Origin: an uncultured Acidobacteriota bacterium
Lineage (GTDB): Bacteria; Actinomycetota; Acidimicrobiia; Spongiisociales; ZC4RG35
Length of the DNA stretch: 64,000 bases
NCBI GenBank assembly: GCA_963778755.1
Contig: CAVZVJ010000010.1
Location: forward strand, 34,207 to 98,206
Direction of reading: 5' to 3'
Shown one piece after another: positions 28,471 to 37,580 of this stretch; position 1 is the first letter of the stretch; every line of letters begins with the position of its first letter. The notes below the pieces were generated by a model, which was not told where the DNA came from, made no database searches, and saw only the letters and a program-made list of their open reading frames with translations. The position numbers and the translations under genes are program-made.

Positions 28471-29790
28471 TCAGCTTCGGCCCTCCAAGATCCTGAGGAA
28501 TGACCTGGTCCTGAGCTCATCCACGGTCAGGCCCGACCTGGCGATCGCCTCCTCCTCGGTTATTGCCCCACAGTTGATGGCACGAAGGAAGAAATTGAGG
28601 AGGCCTTGCCCGGTGGCGGCGTCGTCGAACACCTCGCCAACGAGCGTGGCCTTGGCTGCCGATTCGACGAAATTCGACAACCGCTCCCCGGCCTGGTCGA
28701 GGCCTTCTAGGAAGAAGGCGTACACCGCCGCGTAACGGGTCGGGAGTTGCGCAGGATGGAGATCCCACCCCTGGTAGTAGGCGTGGGACAGCGAGTGCCG
28801 GATGTGGTCGTAGTGAAGCCTCATCGCCTCGTGGACGGTTCGCTCGTTCTCGGCCTTCTCGGGATCGGTGAGGGCGTCGCCGCGGTGGATCGGCACCGGC
28901 ATGACGTTGGTGGCGCCGTCTGAGAGCCAGACCCCGGAGCCGGCGAGACTCACCTGGAGCACGTGTCTGGCGAAGTCACACGCCGGATGGGTCATGGTCT
29001 GGTAGGCGGCGGTGATGTTCATCGACGCCGTGTAGTCGTAGGTGCCGAAGTGGGCGCCACGCACCCGGCCCCCACCCGCGTCCACCATCTTGCGCACCCC
29101 GGTGGTTCCATCCCGATCGATGACGGTCTGTGGCGTCTCCACCATCAGTTCCATCGGGATCGGAGCCACGCCGAGCTCCTGCTCCAGTTCGGCAAGCGCT
29201 TCAACCAGGACTGTCACCTGCTCCATGCCCTGAATCTTGGGAAGGGTGACTACGAAGCCCTCGGGAAGCCGACCCGAGCTCTCGGCGAGTGTGGTCACGA
29301 AGATGTCGAGGGTGCGAAGGGCGCGTCGCTGCAGTTCGCCGGATAGGGACTTGATTCGGATCCCGACGAAGGGGGGCAACAAGCCGCCGGCCATTCCGGT
29401 GGCGACCTCCTGGGCCGAGGAGCGGGCGTGGGCGTCCTCCTCGTCGTCGGGGCGGTGGCCGTACCCGTCCTCGAAGTCGAGTCTGAAGTCTTCCACCGCT
29501 TCCCGGGAGAGCTTCTCCCGAACCTGGGTGTGCACCTTGTCACTCAGCGATGAATCGATGCCCAAGACTTCCACCAGATGGCCCGGATCGGGGAGCCAAC
29601 GCTCCAACGCCGTCTGGCCTAGCTCACCAAGACGTCCCGCAGTGGTGGAAGCGAAGAGGTGGGCTCCGCCGTACACGGTGTGAACCGGCTGACGATCCGG
29701 TCGCTCACCGGGGAAGTCGGCCTTGACCTGGGCAGACACCTGATTGAGCCGATCGGTCCATTCCGCCAGGGAGTCTTGATGCAGTGTCAT
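28471..29790 (-). CDS. Uncharacterised TIM-barrel protein resembling malate synthase / CitE / HpcH aldolase superfamily (I recall this family as DUF6986)
   Basis: This 439-aa protein has RLDFEDGYG, VTLPKI, MVETP and GTYDYTAS blocks. These parallel the DFEDS, IETI and GRWDY motifs of malate synthase and the D-x-ED and ET motifs of CitE-like lyases. It is divergent from the 8-oxoguanine-type deaminase, with only 14 nt between the start codons. Confidence 0.55.
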   Translation of the reverse strand: MTLHQDSLAEWTDRLNQVSAQVKADFPGERPDRQPVHTVYGGAHLFASTTAGRLGELGQTALERWLPDPGHLVEVLGIDSSLSDKVHTQVREKLSREAVEDFRLDFEDGYGHRPDDEEDAHARSSAQEVATGMAGGLLPPFVGIRIKSLSGELQRRALRTLDIFVTTLAESSGRLPEGFVVTLPKIQGMEQVTVLVEALAELEQELGVAPIPMELMVETPQTVIDRDGTTGVRKMVDAGGGRVRGAHFGTYDYTASMNITAAYQTMTHPACDFARHVLQVSLAGSGVWLSDGATNVMPVPIHRGDALTDPEKAENERTVHEAMRLHYDHIRHSLSHAYYQGWDLHPAQLPTRYAAVYAFFLEGLDQAGERLSNFVESAAKATLVGEVFDDAATGQGLLNFFLRAINCGAITEEEAIARSGLTVDELRTRSFLRILEGRS

Positions 29791-29804
29791 GGTGAGGCGA
29801 CTCT

Positions 29805-31187
29805 ATGGCCGCCGGTAGCGTGGCGTTGATGGGAACCCTCCTGGTCCGCCACGCCCGCGTTCTGGCCACCATGGACGGGACGGAGATCGAGGACGGCGCA
29901 ATTTTCGCTCGTGACGGCTGGATCGAAGCAGTGGGCCGCACAGCCGATCTGCCCGACGTCGCTGATGAGATCGTGGACCTCACCGGGCACGTCGTTCTCC
30001 CGGGTCTGGTCAACACCCACCATCATCTCTATCAGACCTTGACCCGTGTGGTGCCGGGCGCCCAGAACGCCGGTCTCTTCGATTGGCTGCGAACGCTGTA
30101 TCCGGTCTGGGCCCGGATGACCCCGGATCACGTTCGGGTCGCGACGACGGTCGGCCTGGCCGAGCTCGCGTTGAGCGGATGCACCACCGCCTTCGACCAT
30201 CAGTATCTCTGGCCCAACGGTTCGAAGGTCGACGACCAGATCGAAGGCACGGTTCCGGTGGGACTCCGGTTCCATGTCTCCCGGGGCTCGATGAGCCTCG
30301 GAGAGTCCGAAGGGGGCCTTCCCCCGGATTCAGTCGTCGAGAAGCCACAGGCGATCCTCGACGACTGCTCGCGGGTGGTTGGGTCATTTCACCAACCCGA
30401 GCGAGGGGCGATGACCAGTGTCGTGCTCGCCCCCTGCTCGCCTTTCTCGGTGACCACCGATTTGATGCGCGAAACAGCGGATCTGGCACGCGATCTCGAC
30501 GTCACCATGCACACCCATCTCGCCGAGACTGCGGACGAGGAGGAATTCTGCGTCACCCGCTTCGACCGTCGCCCGGTCGGGCATATGGAAGATCTGGGGT
30601 GGGCCGGAGCCGACGTCTGGTACGCCCACGCCGTCCACGTGGCGCCCGACGAGATCGTCCGCATGGGCAAAGACGGCACCGGGGTGGCCCACTGTCCCAC
30701 GTCGAACATGAGGCTGGCGTCAGGGCTGGCGCCGGTCGCCGGGTATCTCGACGCGGGGATCAGGGTGGGGCTTGGGGTGGACGGTTCGGCTTCGAATGAC
30801 TCCTCGAACATGCTGGCCGAGGTGCGACAGACCTTGTTGCTGAACCGTCTCGCCGTCGCTCCTGGTGTTGGCCACGGTGCCCAGATGACGGCACGTGATG
30901 CTCTGATGCTGGCGACCGTGGGTGGTGCTGCCGTGCTCGGCAGGGACGACATCGGACGTCTGGCCCCGGGAATGGCTGCGGATTTCATCGCCATCGACTT
31001 CGATCGACTGGAGTTCGCCGGCGCGGAGCACGATCCGGTGGCAGCGATGGTGATGTGTGCCCCGGCCCGTGTCGACCATTCCTGGGTCGGGGGGCGAAGG
31101 GTCGTCGTTGACGGACAATTGGCCGGGATCGACATGAGCGCCCTTGTCACCGAGCACAACCGCCTTTCCCGAGCCTTGCTCGGGTAA
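29805..31187 (+). CDS. Amidohydrolase of the guanine/8-oxoguanine deaminase (SsnA/AtzA-like) group
   Basis: It has VLPGLVNTHHHLYQTL (the HxH motif) and later MHTHLAET, YAHAVH and GVDGSASND. I recall this N-terminal pattern (LLVRHARVLATMDG...) from proteins named 8-oxoguanine deaminase. Confidence 0.75.
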   Translation: MAAGSVALMGTLLVRHARVLATMDGTEIEDGAIFARDGWIEAVGRTADLPDVADEIVDLTGHVVLPGLVNTHHHLYQTLTRVVPGAQNAGLFDWLRTLYPVWARMTPDHVRVATTVGLAELALSGCTTAFDHQYLWPNGSKVDDQIEGTVPVGLRFHVSRGSMSLGESEGGLPPDSVVEKPQAILDDCSRVVGSFHQPERGAMTSVVLAPCSPFSVTTDLMRETADLARDLDVTMHTHLAETADEEEFCVTRFDRRPVGHMEDLGWAGADVWYAHAVHVAPDEIVRMGKDGTGVAHCPTSNMRLASGLAPVAGYLDAGIRVGLGVDGSASNDSSNMLAEVRQTLLLNRLAVAPGVGHGAQMTARDALMLATVGGAAVLGRDDIGRLAPGMAADFIAIDFDRLEFAGAEHDPVAAMVMCAPARVDHSWVGGRRVVVDGQLAGIDMSALVTEHNRLSRALLG

Positions 31188-31198
31188 TTTCCTGATTG

Positions 31199-31995
31199 AT
31201 GGAGGTTCAGCACCCGACGACAGTCGACGAGGCCGTCGCTGCCATGTCGGAAGGCGCCCTGGCCCTGGCCGGTGGGACCGATCTCATGGTCGAGATCAAC
31301 TTCGGGCACGCCAGGCCCGAGAACGTGGTGGCTCTGCGCCGGATCAGCGAATTGGCCGAGTGGGAGCCGAATCAGATCGGGGCCGGGGTCACCTGGAGCC
31401 GTCTAGAACAGGGCGCCCCCCTGGCCCTGGCCCAGGCGGCCAGAACCGTCGGTTCACCGCAGATCAGGAACGCCGGGACCCTAGGTGGCAACGTGGCAAC
31501 GGCCAGCCCGGCGGGGGATGGCCTCCCCTTCTTGGCCGCCGTCGATGCCTCGATCGAGCTGAAGTCGCCCGCAGGGCCCAGATCGGTCCCGTGGCACGAT
31601 TTCTTCGTCGGAGTCAAGAAGACAGCACGTCTGGCCGGTGAGTTGATCACCGCGATCCGTCTCCCCGAGGCCATGCCGGAACGGCAGTCGTTCGGCAAGA
31701 TCGGGGTTCGCAACGCGATGGTGATCGCAACGGTGTGTTGTGTGGTGACCAGGGCGTCCGGTGGCAAGACCACCGTGGCCCTTGGTTCGGTGGCCCCGAC
31801 ACCGATGCGGGCCCGTCAAGCTGAGGAGATGATTTCTTCCATCGCACGGCCCACGGAGGCCGACCTCGTCGAATTCGGCCGGTTGGTCTCCGACGAGGTG
31901 AGGCCCATCACCGATCACCGCTCCACCGAGGAATATCGCCGCTACGCCGCCGCGAGTCCTCGGCTAGGCGTCTTCTCGATCGGTGTCTGCGGTGA
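31199..31995 (+). CDS. Xanthine dehydrogenase-family FAD-binding subunit (CoxM/XdhB-like); two single-base frame breaks at about 31952 and 31962
   Basis: It has the FAD_binding_5 pattern (ALAGGTDLMVEINFG, IRNAGTLGGNVATASPAGD) and a C-terminal DHRSTEEYRR. The ORF then runs 250 nt into the next gene in a non-family-like frame. Removing one g at about 31952 and one at about 31962 yields ...YAARVLARRLLDRCLR*, which ends at 31993-31995 in the usual short overlap with the next subunit. The first ATG is at 31199 (the ORF-track start is TTG at 31196). Confidence 0.8.
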
Positions 31996-32453
31996 TCGTC
32001 GAGTTCACCCTCAACGACACCCCGGTCACTGCGCGGGTGATGAGCCCGGGGAGCGCTCTCGACGTCTTGCGGGATCAATTGGGCATTCTCGGGCCGAAGA
32101 GTGGCTGCGAGCAGGGCGAGTGCGGATCCTGCTCGGTTTTGCTAGACGGGGCGGTGGTCTGCTCCTGTCTGCTCATGGCGGGCGATCTCCACGGCTCCGT
32201 CGTGGTCAGTGTGGAGGGGGTCGCCGGCGATGAGATTCATCCGGTGCAGGCTGCGATGCACGAGGCGGGAGCGGTCCAGTGCGGGTTCTGCACGCCGGGG
32301 ATAGTGGTGGCGGCGGTCGACTTGTTCGAGCGAAACCCCCGTCCCACTGGTGAGGAGATCAAGGAGGCGCTGGCCGGGAACATCTGTCGGTGCACCGGCT
32401 ACGGGGCCATCGTCCGCGCCCTCGAGGGGCTGTCAGGGGCGGCCGTCTCATGA
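31983..32453 (+). CDS. Xanthine dehydrogenase-family [2Fe-2S] small subunit (CoxS-like)
   Basis: It has GCEQGECGSCSV and the second cluster CGFCTPG...CRCTGY. It is 156 aa with a GTG start, and its stop overlaps the start of the large subunit (ATGA). Confidence 0.92.
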   Translation: MSAVIVEFTLNDTPVTARVMSPGSALDVLRDQLGILGPKSGCEQGECGSCSVLLDGAVVCSCLLMAGDLHGSVVVSVEGVAGDEIHPVQAAMHEAGAVQCGFCTPGIVVAAVDLFERNPRPTGEEIKEALAGNICRCTGYGAIVRALEGLSGAAVS

Positions 32454-34671
32454 CGACACGAACCGATCGGCGGGCGATCCAGGTGGAGGGCACCATCGGC
32501 GAATCCCCGCTCCGCCCCGATGGGATCGCCAAGCTCAAGGGGCAGTTCGAGTATGCCCAGGATCTCGAGTCAGAGGGGATGCTCTGGGGAGCAACGGTCC
32601 GCAGCCCGCATGCCAGCGCCCTCATCGAGTCGATCGACATCGCTCCAGCACTCGCCATCGGCGGGGTTCACGCGATTCTCACCGCCGCCGACGTCGCGGG
32701 ACGGCCGTCGTTCGGCCTTGAACATCCCGATCAACCGGTGCTCGCCAGTGACGTGGTCAGATTCTGGGGTGAGCCGGTCGCCATCGTCGCCGCCGAAGAC
32801 CCCGACACCGCACGGATGGCTGCCGCGGCGGTCAATGTCGTCTATCGGGAGCAGGTGCCCCTGGTCGATCCCGACGAGGCCGATCTACGTGACGAAGTGT
32901 TCCGCCGGATGCGGGTCCGTCGTGGTGATCAGGAGGTGACCGGACCGGTTGTTGTCGAGGGTTTCTACGAGGTCGGGATGCAAGATCAGGCGCCGCTAGG
33001 GCCGGAGGCAGGTCTCGCTATCCCTGATGGCCAGGGTGGGGTTGATCTCTACGCCACCAGCCAGTTCGTCCATGTCGACCATGAGCAAATCGTGGCCAGC
33101 CTCGGACTGCGTCCCGAGGCAGTTCGATCACATCCGACGGGGATCGGCGGGGCTTTTGGAGCCAGAGAGGATGTCAACCTGCACATCCATCTCTGCATGC
33201 TCGCCCTTCACAGCAATCGCCCGGTGAAGATGGTCTATCGGCGCTCCGAGTCGTTCACCGGCCACGTTCATCGTCATCCGGCACGCATGTGGTACCGGCA
33301 CACCGCTGACGAAGAGGGCCGGTTGCTCCGGGTCGAGGCCCGGATCGTGATCGACGGGGGGGCCTACGCCTCGACTACTTCTGCTGTCCTCGCCAATGCC
33401 TGCTATTTCGCAGTCGGGCCTTACCGCTGCGACTCGGTGTCGGTCGATGGTGTTGGGGCCCGGACCAACAACCCGCCGTGCGGGGCGATGCGGGGTTTCG
33501 GGGCGGTCCAGTCGTGTTTCGCCTATGAGGCACAGATGGATCGTCTCGCAGAGGCCCTGGACATGGACCCCCTCGAACTGAGGCGGCGCAACGTTCTCGC
33601 TACCGGTGATCAGATGTCCACCACCGGTCAGCGGATCACGACTCCACTCCCCACCGCCGAGGTGATCGAGACCCTGCGAGCAATGCCCCTTCCCGAGGTC
33701 GAAGGAGCGGCTCTGCCCGGGGGTAGCGGGCTCACTTCCGAGCCCAAGGACGTGGTGCGTGGCGTGGGTTATGCACTCGGGATCAAGAACCTTGGCTTCT
33801 CGGAGGGATTCGACGACTACGCCCAGGCTCGGGTCCTTCTCACCCGTGAGGGGGCCGTTGTGGAGACCGCGGCCATCGAGGTCGGGCAAGGGCTGGTGAC
33901 CGTGCTGGCGCAGATCGCCCGTGCCGCCCTCGGGGTTTCGAAAGCGGAGGTTCGTCACGTGGACACCTCGAGGATCGACTCGGCGGGGTCGACCTCCGCC
34001 TCCCGCCAGACCCAGGTCTCCGGCGGGGCCACGCTGGAGGCGGCGAGCCGGCTCCGGGAGCGGATCCTGGAAGCCCTTCACGGCGACGATCTCAACGACG
34101 ATGGGGTGTGGCGGTCTGGTGAGTTGATGATGCCGATGGCCCAATTGACCGAGGAGGTCTGGGAGGAGACGGTCACCTTCCGCCACCCGGCCACCGAGGC
34201 TCCCGACGCCGACGGTCAGGGCCATGTCCATGCGGACTTCGCCGTGGCCGGTCATCGAGCGGTGGTCGACGTCGATCCGGAGTTGGGGATGATCAAAGTG
34301 GTCCGTGTGGACACAGTCCAGGATGTGGGCAAGGCCCTGAACCCGGGCTCGATCCGGGGTCAGATCGAAGGTGGGATCATGCAGGGAGTAGGCCTGGCGA
34401 TCATGGAGGAACTGGTGATGGAGGGCGGTGTGATCCGCAATCCGAACTTCACCGACTACCTGCTGCCGACGATCCTGGATGCGCCCGATGTCGAGGCGGT
34501 CCTCATCGAGGAGGACGGCTCCGTGGGGCCCGTTCGGGGCGAAAGGAGTAGGGGAGCCACCCACCATCTCTTCGACCGCTGGCCGTGGCGGCTGCGATCC
34601 GCCTGGCGACCGGACGTAGGCTGAACCGGGTCCCGATTCGGCCCCAAGACATCTCGCTAGGAGAAGACTGA
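32450..34671 (+). CDS. Xanthine dehydrogenase-family molybdopterin-binding large subunit; two frame breaks at about 34531 and 34581
   Basis: It has the aldehyde oxidase/XDH a/b-hammerhead and Mo-binding pattern (GGAFGARED, NNPPCGAMRGFG). In the ORF-track frame the C-terminus becomes GPVRGERSRGATHH... and stops at 34624. Shifting at about 34531 gives GPFGAKGVGEPPTISSTA. Shifting again at about 34581 gives AVAAAIRLATGRRLNRVPIRPQDISLGED*, whose stop (34669-34671) overlaps the next ATG. Confidence 0.9.
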
Positions 34672-35672
34672 TGGACCTGCGTCGATTGATCAACGAGCTG
34701 CCCAAGACCGAGCTCCATGTCCATATCGAAGGGACCTTGGAGCCGGAGTTGCTGCTGTCGACGGCCGTCCGCAACGGTGTGGAGCTTCCCTTCGAAGACG
34801 TCGACGCCGCTCATGCTGCCTACCAGTTCGGCGATCTCCAGTCGTTCCTCGACATCTTGTACCAGGGGGCGGCGGTCCTGCAGACACCGAGGGACTTCTA
34901 CGAACTGATGTCGGCATACTTGCGCCGGGCGGCTGGCGACGGGGTGCGACATGCGGAGATCTTCTTCGACCCTCAGACCCACACCGAGCGGGGAGTCGGC
35001 TTCCCGGTGTTCATGGAAGGCTTCCGCTCGGCGATTGCTGACGCTCGATCCGTGATCACAGCCGACCTGATTCTGTGCTTCCTGCGTCATCTCAGCGGCG
35101 AGGAAGCGGTGGCCACCCTTCGAGAGGCCGAGCCGCATCTCGAGGGTGTGGTGGCGGTTGGGCTCGACTCCACCGAGATTGGGAGACCGGCGGAGTTGTT
35201 CGAGGAGGCCTTCGACAGGGCGAGGGGACTGGGGTTGAGGACGGTGGCCCACGCCGGCGAGGAGGGCCCTCCAGAGAACATCGTCGCGGCGTTGGACGTG
35301 CTCGGTGCGGAGCGAATCGATCACGGGGTGCACTCCGTTGACGACCCTGAGGTGGTGCGCCGGCTTGCCGTCGAAGGGGTCCCGCTCACGATGTGCCCGA
35401 TCTCCAATGTGGCTTTGAAGGTGGTGGACCGGATCGAGGACCATCCGCTGCCTCACCTGATCGAGGCCGGGGTCAAGGTCACGGTGAATTCCGATGACCC
35501 CGCCTACTTCGGCGGGTACATCGGTGACAACTACCAGGCCCTGGCTGATGGGCTCGGCCTGGGGCCCGCGGATTTGGTGGCTTTGGCGAGGAACTCGATC
35601 GAGGCCTCATTCCTGGACGCGGGGCGCAAGGCAGAGTTGCTGGCCGAGTTGGAAGCGGTGGCGTCGGAGTAG
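34671..35672 (+). CDS. add: Adenosine/adenine deaminase (Add family)
   Basis: It has LPKTELHVHIEGTLEPELL, AHAGEEGPPENI and VNSDDPAYFG, the classic adenosine-deaminase-superfamily metal ligands. AGGAG lies 9 nt upstream. Confidence 0.9.
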   Translation: MDLRRLINELPKTELHVHIEGTLEPELLLSTAVRNGVELPFEDVDAAHAAYQFGDLQSFLDILYQGAAVLQTPRDFYELMSAYLRRAAGDGVRHAEIFFDPQTHTERGVGFPVFMEGFRSAIADARSVITADLILCFLRHLSGEEAVATLREAEPHLEGVVAVGLDSTEIGRPAELFEEAFDRARGLGLRTVAHAGEEGPPENIVAALDVLGAERIDHGVHSVDDPEVVRRLAVEGVPLTMCPISNVALKVVDRIEDHPLPHLIEAGVKVTVNSDDPAYFGGYIGDNYQALADGLGLGPADLVALARNSIEASFLDAGRKAELLAELEAVASE

Positions 35673-35809
35673 CCCCCCTCGGTCGCACTCGCTGCGCTCG
35701 TTGGCGACCGGTCCCCCCGCTGCGCAGGGGGACAACCCATTTCTGTTGTTGTCCCCCCTTTCCGAAGGGGGGACCGCCTGAGCGGAGCGAAGGCGAGGGG
35801 GGTTAGCCC
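35673..35809. repeat. Cluster of REP-like G6/C6-bounded elements (at least two inverted copies plus a hairpin)
   Basis: 35766-35802 reads ggggggaccgcctgagcggagcgaaggcgagggggg. The reverse complement of 35675-35718 is ggggggaccggtcgccaacgagcgcagcgagtgcgaccgagggggg, which has the same architecture. An 8-bp hairpin, gtcccccc/ggggggac, lies at 35751-35773. Related copies occur at 14205, 51426 and 56924. Confidence 0.6.
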
Positions 35810-36607
35810 TCAGCGTGGGAGGAGGGCCAGCTGACGGGACAGGGCCACCAGCCGACCGGACTCGTCCCAGACCTCACCGTCTTCCTCGAGGAAGCCACCG
35901 GTGACAAACCTGGTGGTGAACTGGCAGCGCAGCCAACCCTCGACGTGGGTGGATCGGATTTGGGTAGTCATCTCCAATGTCGGGGTCCATGCCAGGGGCA
36001 GCGTCGTGTTGAAGATCGCGGGTGGGAAGGCGTCGACGACCAGCAAGAGGGTGAAAGGGGTGATGGGCTCATCATCCAGCAGCCGGAACCAGCCACGCAT
36101 CAGCGGCCTGCCCGATGGCCTTCCGAGCAGGGTCACCGCGTCTTCGGGATGGATTCTCTCCTCCACCTTGTCCATGAGGGGCGGTGGCAAAGGGCCGTCG
36201 ACCGCGGGCAGGGCACGGACGCATTCATCGGGGGGCGGGACGTCGGGAACCTCGGCGTTGACGAGGAGGGTGTCGCCTCGATCGCGGTCGGCCTCGGAGA
36301 ACGTGCCGATCAAGGCCAGGCCCACTCCCGCTTCCGTTCCCAGGTCGGCTCGCACGGTCGAGAAGGTCCGGCCGGACCTCACGATCTCGGTGCTGATCGA
36401 GACCGGCCCGGGCTTGCCCGGGCGGGTGAAGTGGGCGGTGACGCTCACCGGAAGTCGTCCTCCGGCAGCCTCCGACATCGCATGAGCCCCGATCGCCACC
36501 ATGTAGCCGCCGTTGGCATTGTCGAAGATGTCCCAACCGGGCTGGATCTCCCCGGCCCAGGTGGTCTCATCGACCCGCTGCACCGCAGTCGCGGCCTCAA
36601 AGATCAT
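35810..36607 (-). CDS. Acyl-CoA thioesterase (TesB-like double hot-dog family)
   Basis: This 265-aa protein has the pattern NANGGYMVAIGAHAM...VTAHFTRPGKPGPV...VRSGRTFSTVRADL and a second hot-dog half. This matches thioesterase-II-like proteins as I recall them. Confidence 0.7.
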   Translation of the reverse strand: MIFEAATAVQRVDETTWAGEIQPGWDIFDNANGGYMVAIGAHAMSEAAGGRLPVSVTAHFTRPGKPGPVSISTEIVRSGRTFSTVRADLGTEAGVGLALIGTFSEADRDRGDTLLVNAEVPDVPPPDECVRALPAVDGPLPPPLMDKVEERIHPEDAVTLLGRPSGRPLMRGWFRLLDDEPITPFTLLLVVDAFPPAIFNTTLPLAWTPTLEMTTQIRSTHVEGWLRCQFTTRFVTGGFLEEDGEVWDESGRLVALSRQLALLPR

Positions 36608-37578
36608 TGGATGTCCAGGCTCCCGCCCGATGTGACCTGGCCGATCAGCGCCGGGTAATGCTCGGCTGTGGCATCAACTACGGCATCGAAACCATCGGGA
36701 CCCACGATCAGACAGAAACCGATCCCCATATTGAAAGTCCGCAACATTTCCTGATGGGTCACCCCCACGCGCTCGATCATCTCGAAGACTGCTGGGGGTG
36801 ACCACGTCGCGGTGTCGATCCGCGCCCCGAGATGGCCGGGCAGGGCACGTGGCAGGTTCCCGACGAGCCCTCCGCCTGTGATGTGGGCTGCGGAGTGGAC
36901 GGCGCCAGTGGCGATTGCCTTCTGCACCGCCGGCCAATAGATGACCGAAGGTTCGACGAACGTCTCCAGATGCTGGTCGAGACTGTCGGCGAACAGCGAG
37001 CGGATCAGTGAGAAACCGTTGGAGCGGAGGTTGGGGGATCTGAGACCCACCACCAGGTCACCCTCGGCGACACGACCCGGGCCCAGTTCTTGCCCGCGCT
37101 CGACGATCCCCATCACCGCGCCGGCCAGGTCCACCGCGTCGGGCTCCATCACGCCGGGGTGCTCGGCGGTCTCCCCGCCAAGCAGTGGGCAACCGGCCTG
37201 GCGACAGGCGGCAGCAATCGAGGAGACGATCGTCAGATCGCGTTCCTCGTCGAGAGCCCCCACGGCCAGATAGTCAACGAATCCGATGGGCCGGGCGCCT
37301 ACCGCCCCCAGGTCGTCGACACACATGGCGACCAGGTCGTTGCCCACGCCATCCCATCGCCCGGACCGTCTCGCCAGTTCCAGCTTGGTACCGACGCCGT
37401 CCACCGACATCATCAGGACCGGACGCTGGTATCCGTCGGGGATCTCGACTCCGGCGGCGAAGCCACCGAACCCCCCGATCACGCTTTTCGCCCAGGTGGC
37501 GGTGACCACCGAAGAGATGTTGGCGACGTGTCGGTCGGCGCTTTCGAGGTCGACCCCCGCCTCCCGATACGAGGTCAT
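36604..37578 (-). CDS. purM: Phosphoribosylformylglycinamidine cyclo-ligase (AIR synthetase)
   Basis: It begins MTSYREAGVDLESAD and has DGVGTKLELA and DYLAVG blocks. Its stop overlaps the next gene start. Confidence 0.95.
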   Translation of the reverse strand: MTSYREAGVDLESADRHVANISSVVTATWAKSVIGGFGGFAAGVEIPDGYQRPVLMMSVDGVGTKLELARRSGRWDGVGNDLVAMCVDDLGAVGARPIGFVDYLAVGALDEERDLTIVSSIAAACRQAGCPLLGGETAEHPGVMEPDAVDLAGAVMGIVERGQELGPGRVAEGDLVVGLRSPNLRSNGFSLIRSLFADSLDQHLETFVEPSVIYWPAVQKAIATGAVHSAAHITGGGLVGNLPRALPGHLGARIDTATWSPPAVFEMIERVGVTHQEMLRTFNMGIGFCLIVGPDGFDAVVDATAEHYPALIGQVTSGGSLDIQ

Positions 37579-37580
37579 GC

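Noticed and set aside
31996-32233. A long 3' extension of the XDH FAD-subunit ORF over the [2Fe-2S] gene
   Set aside because: The tail is not family-like. Two single-base corrections give the canonical C-terminus ending at 31995.
33128-34774. A 548-aa minus-strand ORF
   Set aside because: It is entirely antisense to the XDH molybdopterin subunit and has a low-complexity Arg/Gly/Pro composition. The same reasoning applies to 15934-17253, 27361-28395, 43174-44331, 40777-41883, 1051-2166 and 34503-35456.
35673-35809. A CRISPR array, considered because of repeated G/C-rich units
   Set aside because: The copies are few, in mixed orientation and irregularly spaced. They have no uniform spacers and no cas genes. 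They fit REP-like elements better.
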